A stretch of DNA of 64,000 nt from Alphaproteobacteria bacterium (GTDB lineage Bacteria; Pseudomonadota; Alphaproteobacteria; Rhizobiales; JAKIUO01), in NCBI GenBank assembly GCA_024280895.1, contig JAJRPI010000019.1, positions 15,556-79,555 of the forward strand, read 5' to 3'. The notes under the pieces were generated by a model. That model was not told the origin of the DNA and did not search any database. It worked only from the letters and a program-made list of their open reading frames with translations. The translations under genes were made by a program, and so were the position numbers. Below, one piece after another: positions 29,110-41,159 of this stretch; the first letter of the stretch is position 1, and each line of letters opens with the position of its first letter.

Positions 29110-30486
29110 TTATCGCTTAGGTCGTTGGAATTTCAGAATATCATCTGCGATCAACCACTGGGCACTGCCATTTTTCAGTTTCTTTTTTGCCCTCTTGGCC
29201 TGCTGTTTCGCAAGCTTTAGCCGTCCCTCATAAAAATAGGCTTGCGCAGAAGCGACTTCCGCCCTCGATATTTTCTTTTTTCTGGCGTAAGCGTTCGCTA
29301 ATTGCCGGTAACCAAGCGCGTATTTATCTTCTCGTCCCAATCCCTTGCGAAGATGACGGATCGCCTCATCTATCAGCAAATCATCGCTGCTTGCCAACAA
29401 TGCCTGTGCCAGCAGGACACGGATCAAAGGCGCACCTGGCGCGAGACTAACAGCTTTGCGCAAAGGTCTAATCGCGGTTGTCGGCCGGCCACCCTCGAAT
29501 AAAAACTGTCCCTTGATCTCATAAAAAAAGGGATTATCTGGATGCTCCGATATCAACGCATTAATTTTAGGCAAAAATGACTTCAGGCCCGCACTTCGAT
29601 AGGAGGCAATCGCTCTCGCATATCGCGCAGGCAAGCTCGTATTGCGCCTATTATACAGATTGAACACGGTAGCTGGATTGTCAAGAAAACCAATAAGTTT
29701 GGCCTTCACCATTTCGTGACGTCTTTGCAATGAAGGGCGATCGAGCACCTTAAAGTAAGGACTTCGGCGGGCGATATCTCGTAGTTGCGCAAGGCGCTGG
29801 CGCGGCATCGGATGACTTTGCAGGTAAGGGTCAACCTGTCGCAAGGACGCCAGTCCCTGATCGGCAAAGAATTCAAATGTTTTCAACATGCCCTTGGCAG
29901 ATTGATGCGTGCCGTTCAAAAACGTCACAGCTGCGCGGTCAGCAGAACTTTCTTCGATCCGGCGATAAGCTAGAATATTCTTCTTGATGAGTGTGTTTCC
30001 ACCCATCAAAGCGGCTCCGCCTGCCTGTCCAAACTCACTCCCGGCAGCAGCTCCCCCGACCATCGCGGCAATACTCAATATTTGCAGCATCAAGCTGGCG
30101 GACTGGGCTTTTTTTAACTGTGTGCGAAATCTTGCCAAATGACCACCGGTTATGTGACCCGTTTCATGAGCGATCACGCCAATCAGCTGATTTGGGGTCC
30201 TGGAATTGGTGATGGCACCGATATGGATGAACATGTTCTGGCCATCGACCACAAAGGCATTAAAGGCGCGGTCGGAAACAATATGGATTTTGACATTTTG
30301 ACCAAACAGTCCAGCAGCCTTGAAAATTGGCCGTGCATATTCCCGGATCAAATTCTCGGTTTCGGTATCGCGTATCAGGCCACGAGCCTGAGCCGCACTT
30401 GTTAGAACCGAAACCATAACCATCGTGGTCGCTAATGTTGGAACCAGCAGCTTGTGTAAATTTAGCCTATCTAGAAAGAAGCGCAT
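29110..30486 (-). CDS. M48 metalloprotease with TPR repeats (BepA-like)
   Basis: NAF, AHETGH, E..AD, SHP motifs. Confidence 0.9.
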   Translation of the reverse strand: MRFFLDRLNLHKLLVPTLATTMVMVSVLTSAAQARGLIRDTETENLIREYARPIFKAAGLFGQNVKIHIVSDRAFNAFVVDGQNMFIHIGAITNSRTPNQLIGVIAHETGHITGGHLARFRTQLKKAQSASLMLQILSIAAMVGGAAAGSEFGQAGGAALMGGNTLIKKNILAYRRIEESSADRAAVTFLNGTHQSAKGMLKTFEFFADQGLASLRQVDPYLQSHPMPRQRLAQLRDIARRSPYFKVLDRPSLQRRHEMVKAKLIGFLDNPATVFNLYNRRNTSLPARYARAIASYRSAGLKSFLPKINALISEHPDNPFFYEIKGQFLFEGGRPTTAIRPLRKAVSLAPGAPLIRVLLAQALLASSDDLLIDEAIRHLRKGLGREDKYALGYRQLANAYARKKKISRAEVASAQAYFYEGRLKLAKQQAKRAKKKLKNGSAQWLIADDILKFQRPKR

Positions 30487-30791
30487 AAACAGTTCAACAC
30501 CTTTTGTCGTTTCGATCTGGCTGCTTTAAGATACCACTTGGAGCCAAGGGATCTTTGCAGCAAAACCACTTCTATTCCCAAACGCTCTTTACCTCTGCAA
30601 CAGATTTATGGTTCAACCAGATAAAGGTCAACCAAGCGAACCCGCAATTTTGCAGTTATTGATTGTTTTAACAGATCAGACCTGCCCAATAGGGCAATAT
30701 CAAGACCTGAACGCCTGCAATTGACGTACAAATCTTTGACGTGAACCAGATTGCTTAACTTGATGATTTATCATGCGACAGGATAATTGAC

Positions 30792-31961
30792 GTGAGATCA
30801 AAGCCAAGAATTGCCAACCGCTCCGATATCCCCCCCTTTATCGTTATGGACATGATGAGAGCAGCCAACGAAAAAGAAGCTTCGGGCACCCATATTATAC
30901 ACATGGAAGTAGGCCAGCCCTCAACCAAAGCTCCTTCAAAAGTGATTGCGGCGGCCCATAATGCTCTCGATGCTGATCGCCTTGGTTATACGGATGCCAA
31001 GGGCCTGCCAGAGCTGCGCGAGCGCATATCGAGCCATTATCAAAGCCGTTACAAGTTAGACGTGCCCGCTGACCGTATTATCGTCACGACGGGCAGTTCA
31101 GCGGGCTTCGTACTGGCCTTTCTGGCGCTTTTTGACAAGGGTGCCAAAGTCGCCCTGCCAGTGCCGGGCTATCCCTGTTACCCCCACATCCTGCGTGCCC
31201 TAGATATTGATCCGGTATTTATCGAAACCAATGAACAATCGGGCTGGTTCCCAACCACAGATCATCTGGATGAGCTGGCTTCAAAGGATAACGCCCTTGA
31301 TGGGCTGTTATTGGCCTCTCCCGCCAATCCAACCGGTACGATGCTGGATGCACCTTCTTTGAAAAAACTGGCCACTCATTGCGCGAACAAAAATATCAGT
31401 TTCATTTCAGATGAAATCTATCACGGACTGACCTATGGCTCACCGGCCCCAACGGCCCTTGCCTATAATCGCGACGCCATCATCATCAATAGTTTTTCGA
31501 AATATTTTTCAATGACGGGATGGCGGATTGGCTGGATGGTCGTCCCTGAGCACCTTGTCCGACCTATTGAGCGGCTGCAACAAAATCTCTACATCAATGC
31601 CCCCACCCTGTCGCAACTCGCCGCCATCAAGGCCTTTGATTGTATTGACGAGTTGGAAACCTATAAAAATGCTTACGAAATAAATCGCGATTATCTGTTA
31701 AACGAACTGCCCGAGGCCGGTTTTGGAAAAATACTACCAGCTGACGGGGCTTTTTATCTTTACGCCGATATTAGCGATCTCACCGATGACAGCCTGAGAT
31801 TTGCTCGCTCGATTTTGAACGAGACCGGCGTCGCCGTCACACCGGGACAAGATTTCGACGCGATCCGCGGCAAGCATTTCTTACGTTTTTCCTATGCCCG
31901 CTCGCTCAATGATATGCAAGAAGCGGTCAAACGCATCAAACCCTGGATCAAAAACCGATGA
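30792..31961 (+). CDS. PLP-dependent class I/II aminotransferase
   Basis: SPANPTG, SDEIYHG, SFSKYFSMTGWRIG. Confidence 0.93.
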   Translation: MRSKPRIANRSDIPPFIVMDMMRAANEKEASGTHIIHMEVGQPSTKAPSKVIAAAHNALDADRLGYTDAKGLPELRERISSHYQSRYKLDVPADRIIVTTGSSAGFVLAFLALFDKGAKVALPVPGYPCYPHILRALDIDPVFIETNEQSGWFPTTDHLDELASKDNALDGLLLASPANPTGTMLDAPSLKKLATHCANKNISFISDEIYHGLTYGSPAPTALAYNRDAIIINSFSKYFSMTGWRIGWMVVPEHLVRPIERLQQNLYINAPTLSQLAAIKAFDCIDELETYKNAYEINRDYLLNELPEAGFGKILPADGAFYLYADISDLTDDSLRFARSILNETGVAVTPGQDFDAIRGKHFLRFSYARSLNDMQEAVKRIKPWIKNR

Positions 31962-32674
31962 ACTTCAAAGAACCTTTGATCTCCGCAACGCTCATAAAGC
32001 GTTACAAACGATTTTTGGCGGATGTTATCCTGGCTAATGAAGAAGAGATCACCGTGCATTGCGCCAATCCTGGTGCCATGCACGGGCTCAACGAACCAGG
32101 GATCAAAGTCTGGTTGTCAAAAAGTGATAACCCCAAACGCAAACTGGCATATAGCTGGGAACTGGCGGAAATCGACATCCACGGTAAAAAGGCACTTGTG
32201 GGCATCAATACCATGCACCCCAACAAGCTGGCATATGAGGCAATCGAAGCTGACAAAGTCCCTGAACTGAGGGGATATGAAGAGATAAAACGCGAAGTCC
32301 CCTATGGCAAAAACAGCCGCATTGATATCCTGCTATCAAACAATGGCCAACAGTTTTGTTATGTCGAGGTGAAAAATGTGCATTTATTGCGTGAGCAAGG
32401 ATTGGCCGAATTCCCGGATTCTGTGACCAAGCGAGGTGCCAAACATCTTGAAGAATTGTCCGATATGGTCGCAGATGGCCATCGTGCCGTGATGTTTTAT
32501 ATCATCCAGCGAGATGATGCGAACCGGTTCGCCATCGCCGCTGATAATGACCCCGTCTATTTTGAGACCTTCAACAAGGCGCGCAAAAACGGCGTGGAAA
32601 TGATTGCCTATGATTGCTCATTATCGACTTCCGCAATTATACTGGCTAACAAAATAGACTTGCTTGCCTCATAA
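31958..32674 (+). CDS. sfsA: Sugar fermentation stimulation protein (nuclease fold)
   Basis: RYKRFLAD, HCANPG.M, SRID, VEVKNV, FPD.VT.RG.KHL. Confidence 0.95.
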   Translation: MNFKEPLISATLIKRYKRFLADVILANEEEITVHCANPGAMHGLNEPGIKVWLSKSDNPKRKLAYSWELAEIDIHGKKALVGINTMHPNKLAYEAIEADKVPELRGYEEIKREVPYGKNSRIDILLSNNGQQFCYVEVKNVHLLREQGLAEFPDSVTKRGAKHLEELSDMVADGHRAVMFYIIQRDDANRFAIAADNDPVYFETFNKARKNGVEMIAYDCSLSTSAIILANKIDLLAS

Positions 32675-32944
32675 ATAGAGCTATTCGTCAGCCAGAACAG
32701 CGCACGGCGGTACTCAAATTGAGGGATGTATTGGCATTATTAACCAAGAGATATTTGCTTTTAATCGCAAGAATTTACTGGCGCAAACCACCGTGCTCGA
32801 TATCAAGCTATAATCTGTCCATTATTTGGGGTTTTGAGACTTGTCTGCCACCAACGAATAGGATATAAGATCCGCTTGACATTCCAATGGCTGGCATTCG
32901 AGCTTTTGCCAAATGCCACCAGATCCTTGCAGGATGAAAACACA

Positions 32945-33166
32945 ATGAAAAAAGAACTACACCCAGAATACCATAAAATTACCGTGGTCATGACTGATGG
33001 CTCCACGTTCGAGACCTATTCGACCTATGGTAAGGAAAATGACGAGCTGAAGCTCGACATTGATACCAACACGCACCCGGCCTGGACCGGTGGTGGACAG
33101 CATCTAACCGACCGTGGCGGTCGCCTGTCTCGCTTTAAAGCCAAATATGACGGATTTCTTGGCTAG
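32945..33166 (+). CDS. rpmE: 50S ribosomal protein L31 (Cys-free)
   Basis: [10 protein letters not shown]...HPAWTGG...GGR..RF; GGA RBS. Confidence 0.95.
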   Translation: MKKELHPEYHKITVVMTDGSTFETYSTYGKENDELKLDIDTNTHPAWTGGGQHLTDRGGRLSRFKAKYDGFLG

Positions 33167-33187
33167 AAGCCCCGCAAACGAACAAAG

Positions 33188-33226
33188 AAACGGCTGCACG
33201 GTGAATAATCGCTGTGCAGCCGTTTT
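33188..33226 (+). terminator. rpmE terminator
   Basis: AAACGGCTGCAC...GTGCAGCCGTTTT. Confidence 0.7.
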
Positions 33227-33238
33227 ATTTTGTCTTGT

Positions 33239-33279
33239 TTTTTTGATCGCCCATCGCGAACGCTGTGGCGATCAAAAAA
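33239..33279 (-). terminator. greA terminator
   Basis: TTTTTTGATCGCC...GGCGATCAAAAAA. Confidence 0.65.
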
Positions 33280-33298
33280 TTCTATATCTATTCTAGCT

Positions 33299-33781
33299 TC
33301 AAGCTATATATTCTATTTTCAGGATCTCAAAAAAGCGCCCACCACCTGGCGTTGCAACTTCTGTTGAATCGCCGACTTCCTTGCCCATCAAGGCGCGCGC
33401 AACGGGCGAACTGACTGATATTTTGCCATTGCCAGCATCAGATTCATAATCCCCTACGAGCTGATAGCTGATCTCTTCATCCGTATCCTCGTCGACAACC
33501 GTCACGGTCGCGCCAAATTTGATCCTGTCGCCATCCATCGAGGAGATATCGATAACTTCAGCACGCGACAAGGTACTCTCAAGCTCTTTAACCCGGGCTT
33601 CGGTCATGCCTTGCTGTTCCTTGGCAGCGTGATATTCAGCATTTTCCGACAAATCACCATGCGCCCGCGCTTCCGCGATCGCCTTGATGATCCGGGGGCG
33701 CTCGACGGACTTCAGATGTTTGGCTTCTTTTTCAAGCGCCGCGTGACCTGCTGGTGTCATCGGGACTTTATCGATTGACAT
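33299..33781 (-). CDS. greA: Transcription elongation factor GreA
   Basis: [26 protein letters not shown]; start at MSID after GGGAGG. Confidence 0.97.
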   Translation of the reverse strand: MSIDKVPMTPAGHAALEKEAKHLKSVERPRIIKAIAEARAHGDLSENAEYHAAKEQQGMTEARVKELESTLSRAEVIDISSMDGDRIKFGATVTVVDEDTDEEISYQLVGDYESDAGNGKISVSSPVARALMGKEVGDSTEVATPGGGRFFEILKIEYIA

Positions 33782-33884
33782 AATATCTTTCCTCCCGCGG
33801 TGAGACATCTCACCTCTCTATTAAACTCTGTATATTTTACTAGGAATTGCAAGCATTTCTGCTCGTCATACCGAAACTACGCGG

Positions 33885-36800
33885 TCATACCAAAGAGGGG
33901 GAAACTAGATAGTTCTGAATAGGAACCACATCTAGCCGCTCGTCCTTCAAAGCCTGTATTGCTTTGGTTACAGCATTCACCCCGGCGATGGTTGTATAGT
34001 AAGGAACATGATGAAGCAAGGCCGTTCGTCTGATCGAGGCGCTGTCGGAATGTGCCTTGGCCCCTTCTGTGGTGTTAATGACCATGCCAACTTCACCATT
34101 TTTGATCGCATCGACGATATTTGGGCGCCCTTCATGGACCTTGAAGACACGCTCACATTCGAGCCCGTTTTCAACCAGATAGCGCTGTGTGCCGCCGGTC
34201 GCAATGACCTTGAAGCCCATCTTGACCAAATGACGAACCGATCCAAGGACCCGTTCCTTGTCAATATCGCGTACTGATACAAAAACCGTACCGTCGCGCG
34301 GTAAAGCTGCCCCCGCACCAAGCTGGCTTTTGGCAAAAGCGATGGCAAAATCACGATCAATGCCCATAACTTCGCCTGTGGAGCGCATTTCAGGCCCAAG
34401 AACAGGATCAACTCCGGGAAAACGATCAAAGGGAAATACCGCTTCCTTGACGGCGATATGGTCATATTTTGGTGTTTTCAGATCAAAATCGGCCAAGGGC
34501 GTGCCCGCCATTACCTTTGTCGCAATTCCCGCCAATGGCAGCCCTGTCACTTTGGCAACGAAAGGAACCGTACGTGAGGCCCTTGGATTGACTTCAATCA
34601 GATAAATATCCCGATCTTTAATGGCAAATTGCACATTCATCAGACCTTTAACACGCAGCGCACGGGCCAATGCACCGGTTTGCTTGTGCAACTCTTGCAA
34701 GATGTCGTCATCAAGAGAATAAGGCGGCAAAGAACAAGCACTATCTCCTGAATGGATACCCGCTTCTTCAATATGCTGCATGATACCAGAGACAAAAATA
34801 TCATTTTCGTCACATATGGCATCCACATCCACTTCAATGGCATCACGCAAAAAACTGTCAATCAGTACGGGACTATCGCCAGAAACATTCACAGCTTCCG
34901 CGATATAGCGATCAAGCTGCTGCTCATCATGGACGATTTCCATTGCCCGCCCGCCAAGCACATAAGAGGGGCGGATAACAACCGGAAAACCAATCCGCTT
35001 GGCAATCTCGCGCGCTTCGTCTTCGGTGTGAGCGATGCCGTTATTTGGCTGCTTAAGGCCCAGCTTGTCCACAAGCTCCTTGAAACGATCACGGTCTTCA
35101 GCCAGATCGATGGCATCTGGTTCTGTGCCCAGAATAGGGATATTCTCACGCTCCAGCGCTCTGGCCAGCTTCAAGGGTGTCTGCCCGCCAAGCTGCACAA
35201 TGATCCCCTTTAGAGTACCATTTTGCTGCTCTTTATAGATGATCTCCAGCACATCTTCTTCGCTCAAAGGCTCGAAATACAAGCGATCCGAGGTGTCATA
35301 ATCAGTGGAGACGGTCTCGGGATTGCAGTTGACCATGATGGTCTCAATACCTTGCTCCTGCAGAGCAAAGGCTGCGTGACAACAGCAATAGTCGAATTCG
35401 ATTCCCTGCCCGATGCGGTTTGGTCCACCGCCAAGAATGATCACCTTTTCCTTGTCGCTTGGACGCGATTCGCAAATCGGTTCACCCAGCAAGGGGCGCT
35501 CATAAGTCGAATACATATAAGCTGTTGGGGAAGCAAACTCAGCCGCGCAACTATCAATCCGCTTAAACACGGGGCGAATGCCCAGGGCGTGACGCTGTTG
35601 GCGCACAGTTTTTGCATCCAGCCCAGCAAGGGTCGCAAGCCGTTGATTAGAAAACCCGAAGGATTTCAGATTGGCAAACAGCTCGACGCTTTGTGGTAAT
35701 CCATGCGCCTTGATCCGCTCTTCGAGATCGACCACTTCTTGCAGTCGATCGATAAACCAGGGATCGATACGGCACAGATCATAAATACGCTCATGACTGA
35801 CCCCGTGACGAAGCGCCTGCGCCACATTCACCAGGCGATCTGGCGTAGCTTTGGACAATAGCGAGCGAATTACATTCTTGTCATCTCCCTGCCCAAGCCC
35901 CTCAAAGACTATTTCATCCAAACCATCGAGGTCCGTTTCCAGTGACCGTAAAGCCTTTTGCAAGCTCTCGGTAAAAGTCCTACCAATGGCCATGACTTCC
36001 CCAACGGACTTCATGGCGGTCGATAGAACCGGTTCGGCACCAGGAAACTTTTCAAAGGCGAAACGGGGAATTTTGGTGACCACATAGTCAATTGTTGGCT
36101 CAAAACTCGCTGGGGTTGCGCCACCGGTAATTTCGTTTTTGAGCTCATCAAGAGTATAGCCGACCGCCAGCTTGGTCGCGACCTTGGCAATCGGAAAACC
36201 GGTTGCTTTTGACGCCAGAGCAGAGGAGCGCGAGACGCGCGGGTTCATTTCGATCACAATCAGGCGACCATCGGCGGGATTAACGGCGAATTGCACATTG
36301 GAGCCACCGGTTTCAACACCGATTTCCCGCAAGACCGCAATCGAGGCGTTACGCATGATCTGATATTCTTTGTCGCTCAGCGTCAGGGCTGGCGCAACGG
36401 TGATACTGTCACCGGTATGAACCCCCATCGGGTCGACATTTTCGATGGAACAGATGATGATACAATTATCATCCTTGTCGCGTACGACTTCCATTTCATA
36501 TTCTTTCCAGCCAATGATGCTTTCTTCGACAAGCACTTCATTAGTAGGTGAGGCATCAATGCCACGTTCGATAATCTCGAGATATTCTTCACGGTTATAT
36601 GCAACGCCGCCGCCTGTCCCGCCCATCGTGAATGAGGGGCGCATAATGGCCGGCAAGCCAACAAATTCCAGCGCGTCTATCGCCTCGGTCAGATTGTGAG
36701 CCAACATGGAGCGCGGTGTTTCAAGGCCGATTTTGTCCATGGCTTGGCGAAACAGGTCCCGGTCTTCCGCCTTGTCGATGACATGCGCCTTGGCGCCAAT

Positions 36801-37145
36801 CAATTCGACACCAAATTTCTTCAAAACGCCATCGCGCTCAAGAGACAATGCCGTATTGAGCGCTGTTTGACCGCCCATCGTTGGCAACAGCGCGTCAGGA
36901 CGTTCTTTTTCGATGACCATCGCGACGATTTCAGGGGTGATCGGTTCGATATAGGTGGCATCAGCCAGCTCCGGATCGGTCATGATGGTGGCGGGGTTGG
37001 AATTCACCAACACAACCCGATAACCGTCATCTTTCAGTACCCGGCAGGCCTGAGTCCCCGAATAATCAAACTCGCAAGCCTGCCCAATCACGATTGGACC
37101 GGCCCCGATGATCAGGATGGTTTTTATGTCTGTTCTTTTGGGCAT
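33885..37145 (-). CDS. carB: Carbamoyl-phosphate synthase large subunit
   Basis: [28 protein letters not shown]; duplicated ATP-grasp domains; MGS domain. Confidence 0.98.
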   Translation of the reverse strand: MPKRTDIKTILIIGAGPIVIGQACEFDYSGTQACRVLKDDGYRVVLVNSNPATIMTDPELADATYIEPITPEIVAMVIEKERPDALLPTMGGQTALNTALSLERDGVLKKFGVELIGAKAHVIDKAEDRDLFRQAMDKIGLETPRSMLAHNLTEAIDALEFVGLPAIMRPSFTMGGTGGGVAYNREEYLEIIERGIDASPTNEVLVEESIIGWKEYEMEVVRDKDDNCIIICSIENVDPMGVHTGDSITVAPALTLSDKEYQIMRNASIAVLREIGVETGGSNVQFAVNPADGRLIVIEMNPRVSRSSALASKATGFPIAKVATKLAVGYTLDELKNEITGGATPASFEPTIDYVVTKIPRFAFEKFPGAEPVLSTAMKSVGEVMAIGRTFTESLQKALRSLETDLDGLDEIVFEGLGQGDDKNVIRSLLSKATPDRLVNVAQALRHGVSHERIYDLCRIDPWFIDRLQEVVDLEERIKAHGLPQSVELFANLKSFGFSNQRLATLAGLDAKTVRQQRHALGIRPVFKRIDSCAAEFASPTAYMYSTYERPLLGEPICESRPSDKEKVIILGGGPNRIGQGIEFDYCCCHAAFALQEQGIETIMVNCNPETVSTDYDTSDRLYFEPLSEEDVLEIIYKEQQNGTLKGIIVQLGGQTPLKLARALERENIPILGTEPDAIDLAEDRDRFKELVDKLGLKQPNNGIAHTEDEAREIAKRIGFPVVIRPSYVLGGRAMEIVHDEQQLDRYIAEAVNVSGDSPVLIDSFLRDAIEVDVDAICDENDIFVSGIMQHIEEAGIHSGDSACSLPPYSLDDDILQELHKQTGALARALRVKGLMNVQFAIKDRDIYLIEVNPRASRTVPFVAKVTGLPLAGIATKVMAGTPLADFDLKTPKYDHIAVKEAVFPFDRFPGVDPVLGPEMRSTGEVMGIDRDFAIAFAKSQLGAGAALPRDGTVFVSVRDIDKERVLGSVRHLVKMGFKVIATGGTQRYLVENGLECERVFKVHEGRPNIVDAIKNGEVGMVINTTEGAKAHSDSASIRRTALLHHVPYYTTIAGVNAVTKAIQALKDERLDVVPIQNYLVSPSLV

Positions 37146-37275
37146 CGGCGTTGATGTCATGCACCTGTGTTGATTTGGAAAGAGCTAAACTTGTTTCTCA
37201 CAGCTTTTACGTTGGTGCGCAAGCAAGATCATCATCATTTTGCGTTCTGTCTTGATACTTGTTGCGGACGACCAA

Positions 37276-39675
37276 TCATTCATCCCCTCTACCGGTGATG
37301 CGTTTTTCAAGATTGAAATAGGCAGGTAATAAAATAATATCACCAATAAAGGCGGCAATCAGGGTAATGGCCGATAGCCAGCCAAACATGCGCAGGCTAG
37401 GCAGCCCGGAAAAAGCAGTGACCGCCAGACCAAGAACCAGCACGATCGTCGTCAACATCAAGACCGGTCCCATGAGCTTCACAGTACGGGTCACGGCATC
37501 CTTGTGACCGTTTTGTCGTTCCAGATGCAATCGATGCAAAAAGTGGATCGTATCATTGACGGCCAGACCAAAAGCCACGGTCAATGCGACAGCCGAAGAA
37601 AACTGCAAGCCATACCCAGTTATATAGAGCACGGCCCCCGCAGCAAATATGGGAAACAGGTTGGGAATGATACTGGCCAGCGCCGCAAAGAACGAGCGAA
37701 AAACCACGGCGATTAGCGCCACCACAATGGCGATTGTCGACATCAGGCCAAAACCCAATTCCCCGATCATCTTGGCACTGTTGCGAGCCGCAATCGCCGG
37801 TAGCCCCGTGACCGAGAGTTCATAATCGGCATGAGCAAGCCGCAGCAGGCGCAACTGCTTGTCGATCTTGTCAACAACCGGCAACAGGCTGGCGGCATTG
37901 AGGTCCGGCATACGGCCCGTGATCAGCACGGTTTTTTCATCTTCCGATATAAATCGCCGGGTCAGCGTCTTGGGCAGAACATCGACATATTTCTTCAAGG
38001 TCTCGGCGCTGATTTCCCCCTTGTCGATCAACCAGCGGCGCAACACTTCAAGCGACCAGATATTGCCCATATTCTCCGACTTCTCCATGATCTTTTGCGC
38101 TTCGGCAATAAGGCCAAGTGTCTCGCGGCTATAAAGTCGTTTGCCCTCTCCAAGTTCAATCATGATGTGAACCGGATTTGCTCCCGTGAGCTTGTCGTCC
38201 AGAGCGCCCGAGGCCGCAATTGCCTCTTCACGGTCCGGCACCTGATCGGCCAGCCGATAGCGTGGTTCAAGCGATAGGTAAGCGGCACCAAAAACGATGG
38301 TCAGCAAGTAACCAGCAAGCGCATAACGCGGGGCATGCTGACGCACACTATCCGCCATCCAGGAGGCACCGCTCGACAGCAACTTACCAAAACTGACGCT
38401 GTTTGTAGGGGCCGTTTTAAACTTTGCTTCATTGCGCAAAAGCAGCACGCTAAGGACCGGCACGAGAATAATCACAGCCAGAAATGAGATGATGGTTGAG
38501 ATCGCGGCGACAATACCAAATGTGCGGATCAGCGCCGAACTCGCGAAGATCAGTGACGATAGAGCGACGGCTGTTGTAAACGAGGTTAAAACACAAGCCG
38601 GTCCCACCTCGGATATTGCCTGCTTTACCGCATCGAACCTGCTATATCCCAATCGCAAATGGCGGCGGATGACAAACATCATATGGGTCGCATCTGAATA
38701 GGCAATCACCATAATCAACGGCGTGATGACATTCAAAAACAGGTTCAACTCGATACCCACAAGCCCCAATGCGCCCAGTGACCATAAAATAGCCATGGCG
38801 GGAGCCGCAATGGTGATCAAGGTCAGCGAGATAGAGCGGAAAAAGAACAGGCAGACAATGGTGCCAAGAATAAAGCCAAGACTGTTATAGATCAGCCGGT
38901 CCGCAAGCACTGCGTTACGAATTTCCAATTGCATCACTGGAGGCCCTGAGAGCGTGGCTTTCATTTGGGTCCCGCCAACCTGCTCATTTACCGCCGTTCT
39001 GATATTGGCGATGATTGTTTCCAAGCCTTCCTTGACGACGGTTTCGCGCTTCAAAGCCATGACGATAAGCGCCAGAGTACCATCTTTCGAGATCATTTTT
39101 CCACCAACGATCTCGTCGTTCAAAATACGCTGTTTGAGGATACTGAACTCCTTCCCCTTTGGCATTTCAGCCGGGATCAAGGGAGCCGGGATAGGCTTGT
39201 CGCTGGGAGGTTCACGCGCTGAGAATATGGAAATGATACCGCGATTGGCTTCGATGAAATCGAGTTCAAGGGTCATTTCGCGCAAGCGCTCGATCCGATC
39301 AGGGGTTAATAAATCAGGATGTTCCACCACTATGAGCACATCATACTCACTGGCGGGAAACCGCTTGGTCAGCACTTCATATTTTTTAAACTCGATGGAA
39401 TCGGAACGAAACAACTCAGTTAAGCTGTCATCAACATTGATTCTGGTCACACCATAACCAGTGATCAGCGACACAAACAAAATGATCGATAGCCATAACA
39501 CCGGACGCTTGATAGCCTCGGAGCCAATCCGCTCTAATCCAAGTCCCAAACCCAAACCATTACCAGACTTTTGTGCTAATAATTCAAGCGATTGGGACTC
39601 GGCCTCGCGATCCTTTTGCTGATCGTCGCTACCGCCTTTTGCGCCATCATCTCGTGCTGTTTTGTGCTCGTCCAT
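37276..39675 (-). CDS. MMPL/RND-superfamily transporter
   Basis: Two repeats of TM + periplasmic loop + five TMs; GLAVNDTIH and AYSDATH motifs. Confidence 0.88.
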   Translation of the reverse strand: MDEHKTARDDGAKGGSDDQQKDREAESQSLELLAQKSGNGLGLGLGLERIGSEAIKRPVLWLSIILFVSLITGYGVTRINVDDSLTELFRSDSIEFKKYEVLTKRFPASEYDVLIVVEHPDLLTPDRIERLREMTLELDFIEANRGIISIFSAREPPSDKPIPAPLIPAEMPKGKEFSILKQRILNDEIVGGKMISKDGTLALIVMALKRETVVKEGLETIIANIRTAVNEQVGGTQMKATLSGPPVMQLEIRNAVLADRLIYNSLGFILGTIVCLFFFRSISLTLITIAAPAMAILWSLGALGLVGIELNLFLNVITPLIMVIAYSDATHMMFVIRRHLRLGYSRFDAVKQAISEVGPACVLTSFTTAVALSSLIFASSALIRTFGIVAAISTIISFLAVIILVPVLSVLLLRNEAKFKTAPTNSVSFGKLLSSGASWMADSVRQHAPRYALAGYLLTIVFGAAYLSLEPRYRLADQVPDREEAIAASGALDDKLTGANPVHIMIELGEGKRLYSRETLGLIAEAQKIMEKSENMGNIWSLEVLRRWLIDKGEISAETLKKYVDVLPKTLTRRFISEDEKTVLITGRMPDLNAASLLPVVDKIDKQLRLLRLAHADYELSVTGLPAIAARNSAKMIGELGFGLMSTIAIVVALIAVVFRSFFAALASIIPNLFPIFAAGAVLYITGYGLQFSSAVALTVAFGLAVNDTIHFLHRLHLERQNGHKDAVTRTVKLMGPVLMLTTIVLVLGLAVTAFSGLPSLRMFGWLSAITLIAAFIGDIILLPAYFNLEKRITGRGDE

Positions 39676-40064
39676 AGGTCCATTTCATTTTTGTGCAGAT
39701 AACGACTCGCAAAAATTTCATACTGCTTTCGCAATCAGATCATTCTTTTCCACTATATCGACGATATATGTTTCGATCTGCCTGCTCAATGACCAAGCTC
39801 TTCATTTTTCACAAATTTTGCGCGATGTGCACGAAGATCAAATAAAGGGCAGCGCTCAGGACATAATGTCTTTAACGAGAATGATCTCGTTCCAGCACCA
39901 ATCCTTTTTGGTTGCCCAGACATTAATCGAATTTACAACGTTAAATCAATCGATACTGAAAAATAAACTCCTTTTAGTTGATCAGGAATTTACAGGGGGC
40001 TATTGAAGTGTTGGAGAACCCTGAAATCAAGTTGACAGCTAAATTCAGACCGCGAATTGATACT

Positions 40065-40931
40065 ATGACAAACAGCCAACACCCATCTCATTTTATTTTG
40101 ATCCTCAAATGCCCGGATCAACGCGGCATCGTCACCGCAGTGGCCGGTACGCTGGCTGAGCTTGATTGCAATATTGAAGAAAGTTCCCAATTTGGCGATG
40201 CTAATACCGGACATTTTTTCATGAGATTGCATTTTTCATCTCGGCACCAAACCGATATTGATCAATTACGCGATCACTTTCGCCCGCTAGCCAAGCGCTA
40301 CTCTATGTGGTGGGAGATGCACCCGCACGCCCATAAAGCGCGAATGTTGATTATGGTCTCAAAGCATGATCACTGCCTCTCTGACCTCTTGTACCGCTGG
40401 CGTATTGGCTCCTTGCCCGTTGACATAACCCGCATTGTTTCAAATCATGAAACCTGCCGCGAGATCGTTGAACGTGAAGGACTGCGCTTTGATTGTCTGC
40501 CAGTTACCAAAAGCAACAAAAAGCAGCAGGAAACAGCCCTGCGCAAGATGATTGTAGAAGACAGCGCCAATCTCATCGTATTGGCGCGCTATATGCAAAT
40601 TCTCTCCAATCGGTTAGCCAATGACTATCTGGGACGGGTCATCAATATTCATCACTCCTTCTTGCCAAGCTTTAAAGGCGCCCGCCCCTATCATCAGGCC
40701 CATGCCCGGGGGGTCAAAATCATCGGCGCTACCGCTCATTATGTGACACCCGATCTGGATGAGGGGCCGATCATCGAGCAAGAAACGGAGCGCGTCACCC
40801 ACAATATGTCTGCCGATGATCTGGTCATTGGCGGGCGCGAAATCGAGCGCCGCGTGCTGGCGCGCGCTATCAAATATCATATTGAGCACCGCGTGCTCAT
40901 CAACAATATGAAAACCGTGGTGTTTCAGTGA
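40065..40931 (+). CDS. purU: Formyltetrahydrofolate deformylase
   Basis: CPDQRGIV ACT domain; LARYMQILS, INIHHSFLPSFKGA.PY, DLDEGPII. Confidence 0.96.
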   Translation: MTNSQHPSHFILILKCPDQRGIVTAVAGTLAELDCNIEESSQFGDANTGHFFMRLHFSSRHQTDIDQLRDHFRPLAKRYSMWWEMHPHAHKARMLIMVSKHDHCLSDLLYRWRIGSLPVDITRIVSNHETCREIVEREGLRFDCLPVTKSNKKQQETALRKMIVEDSANLIVLARYMQILSNRLANDYLGRVINIHHSFLPSFKGARPYHQAHARGVKIIGATAHYVTPDLDEGPIIEQETERVTHNMSADDLVIGGREIERRVLARAIKYHIEHRVLINNMKTVVFQ

Positions 40932-41159
40932 TCGCCACCACACCAGCTATTGCCAGCGACAATGCGCGGTTGTTTCTAAGAAATATTGTTTTTATGCGCT
41001 GGTGGGTTTGAAACTTGCAGGCGGGTTTGCTAAAGAACATCTGTCCCAGCCATTGTGATCCCACGTCTTTTGATCACAAGCTGGTTTTATTCAATAGATC
41101 AATGCGTTCTGTATCACACTAATCGCCCCGACCGGCCTCAACCACAAAAGAGTTGGCTC

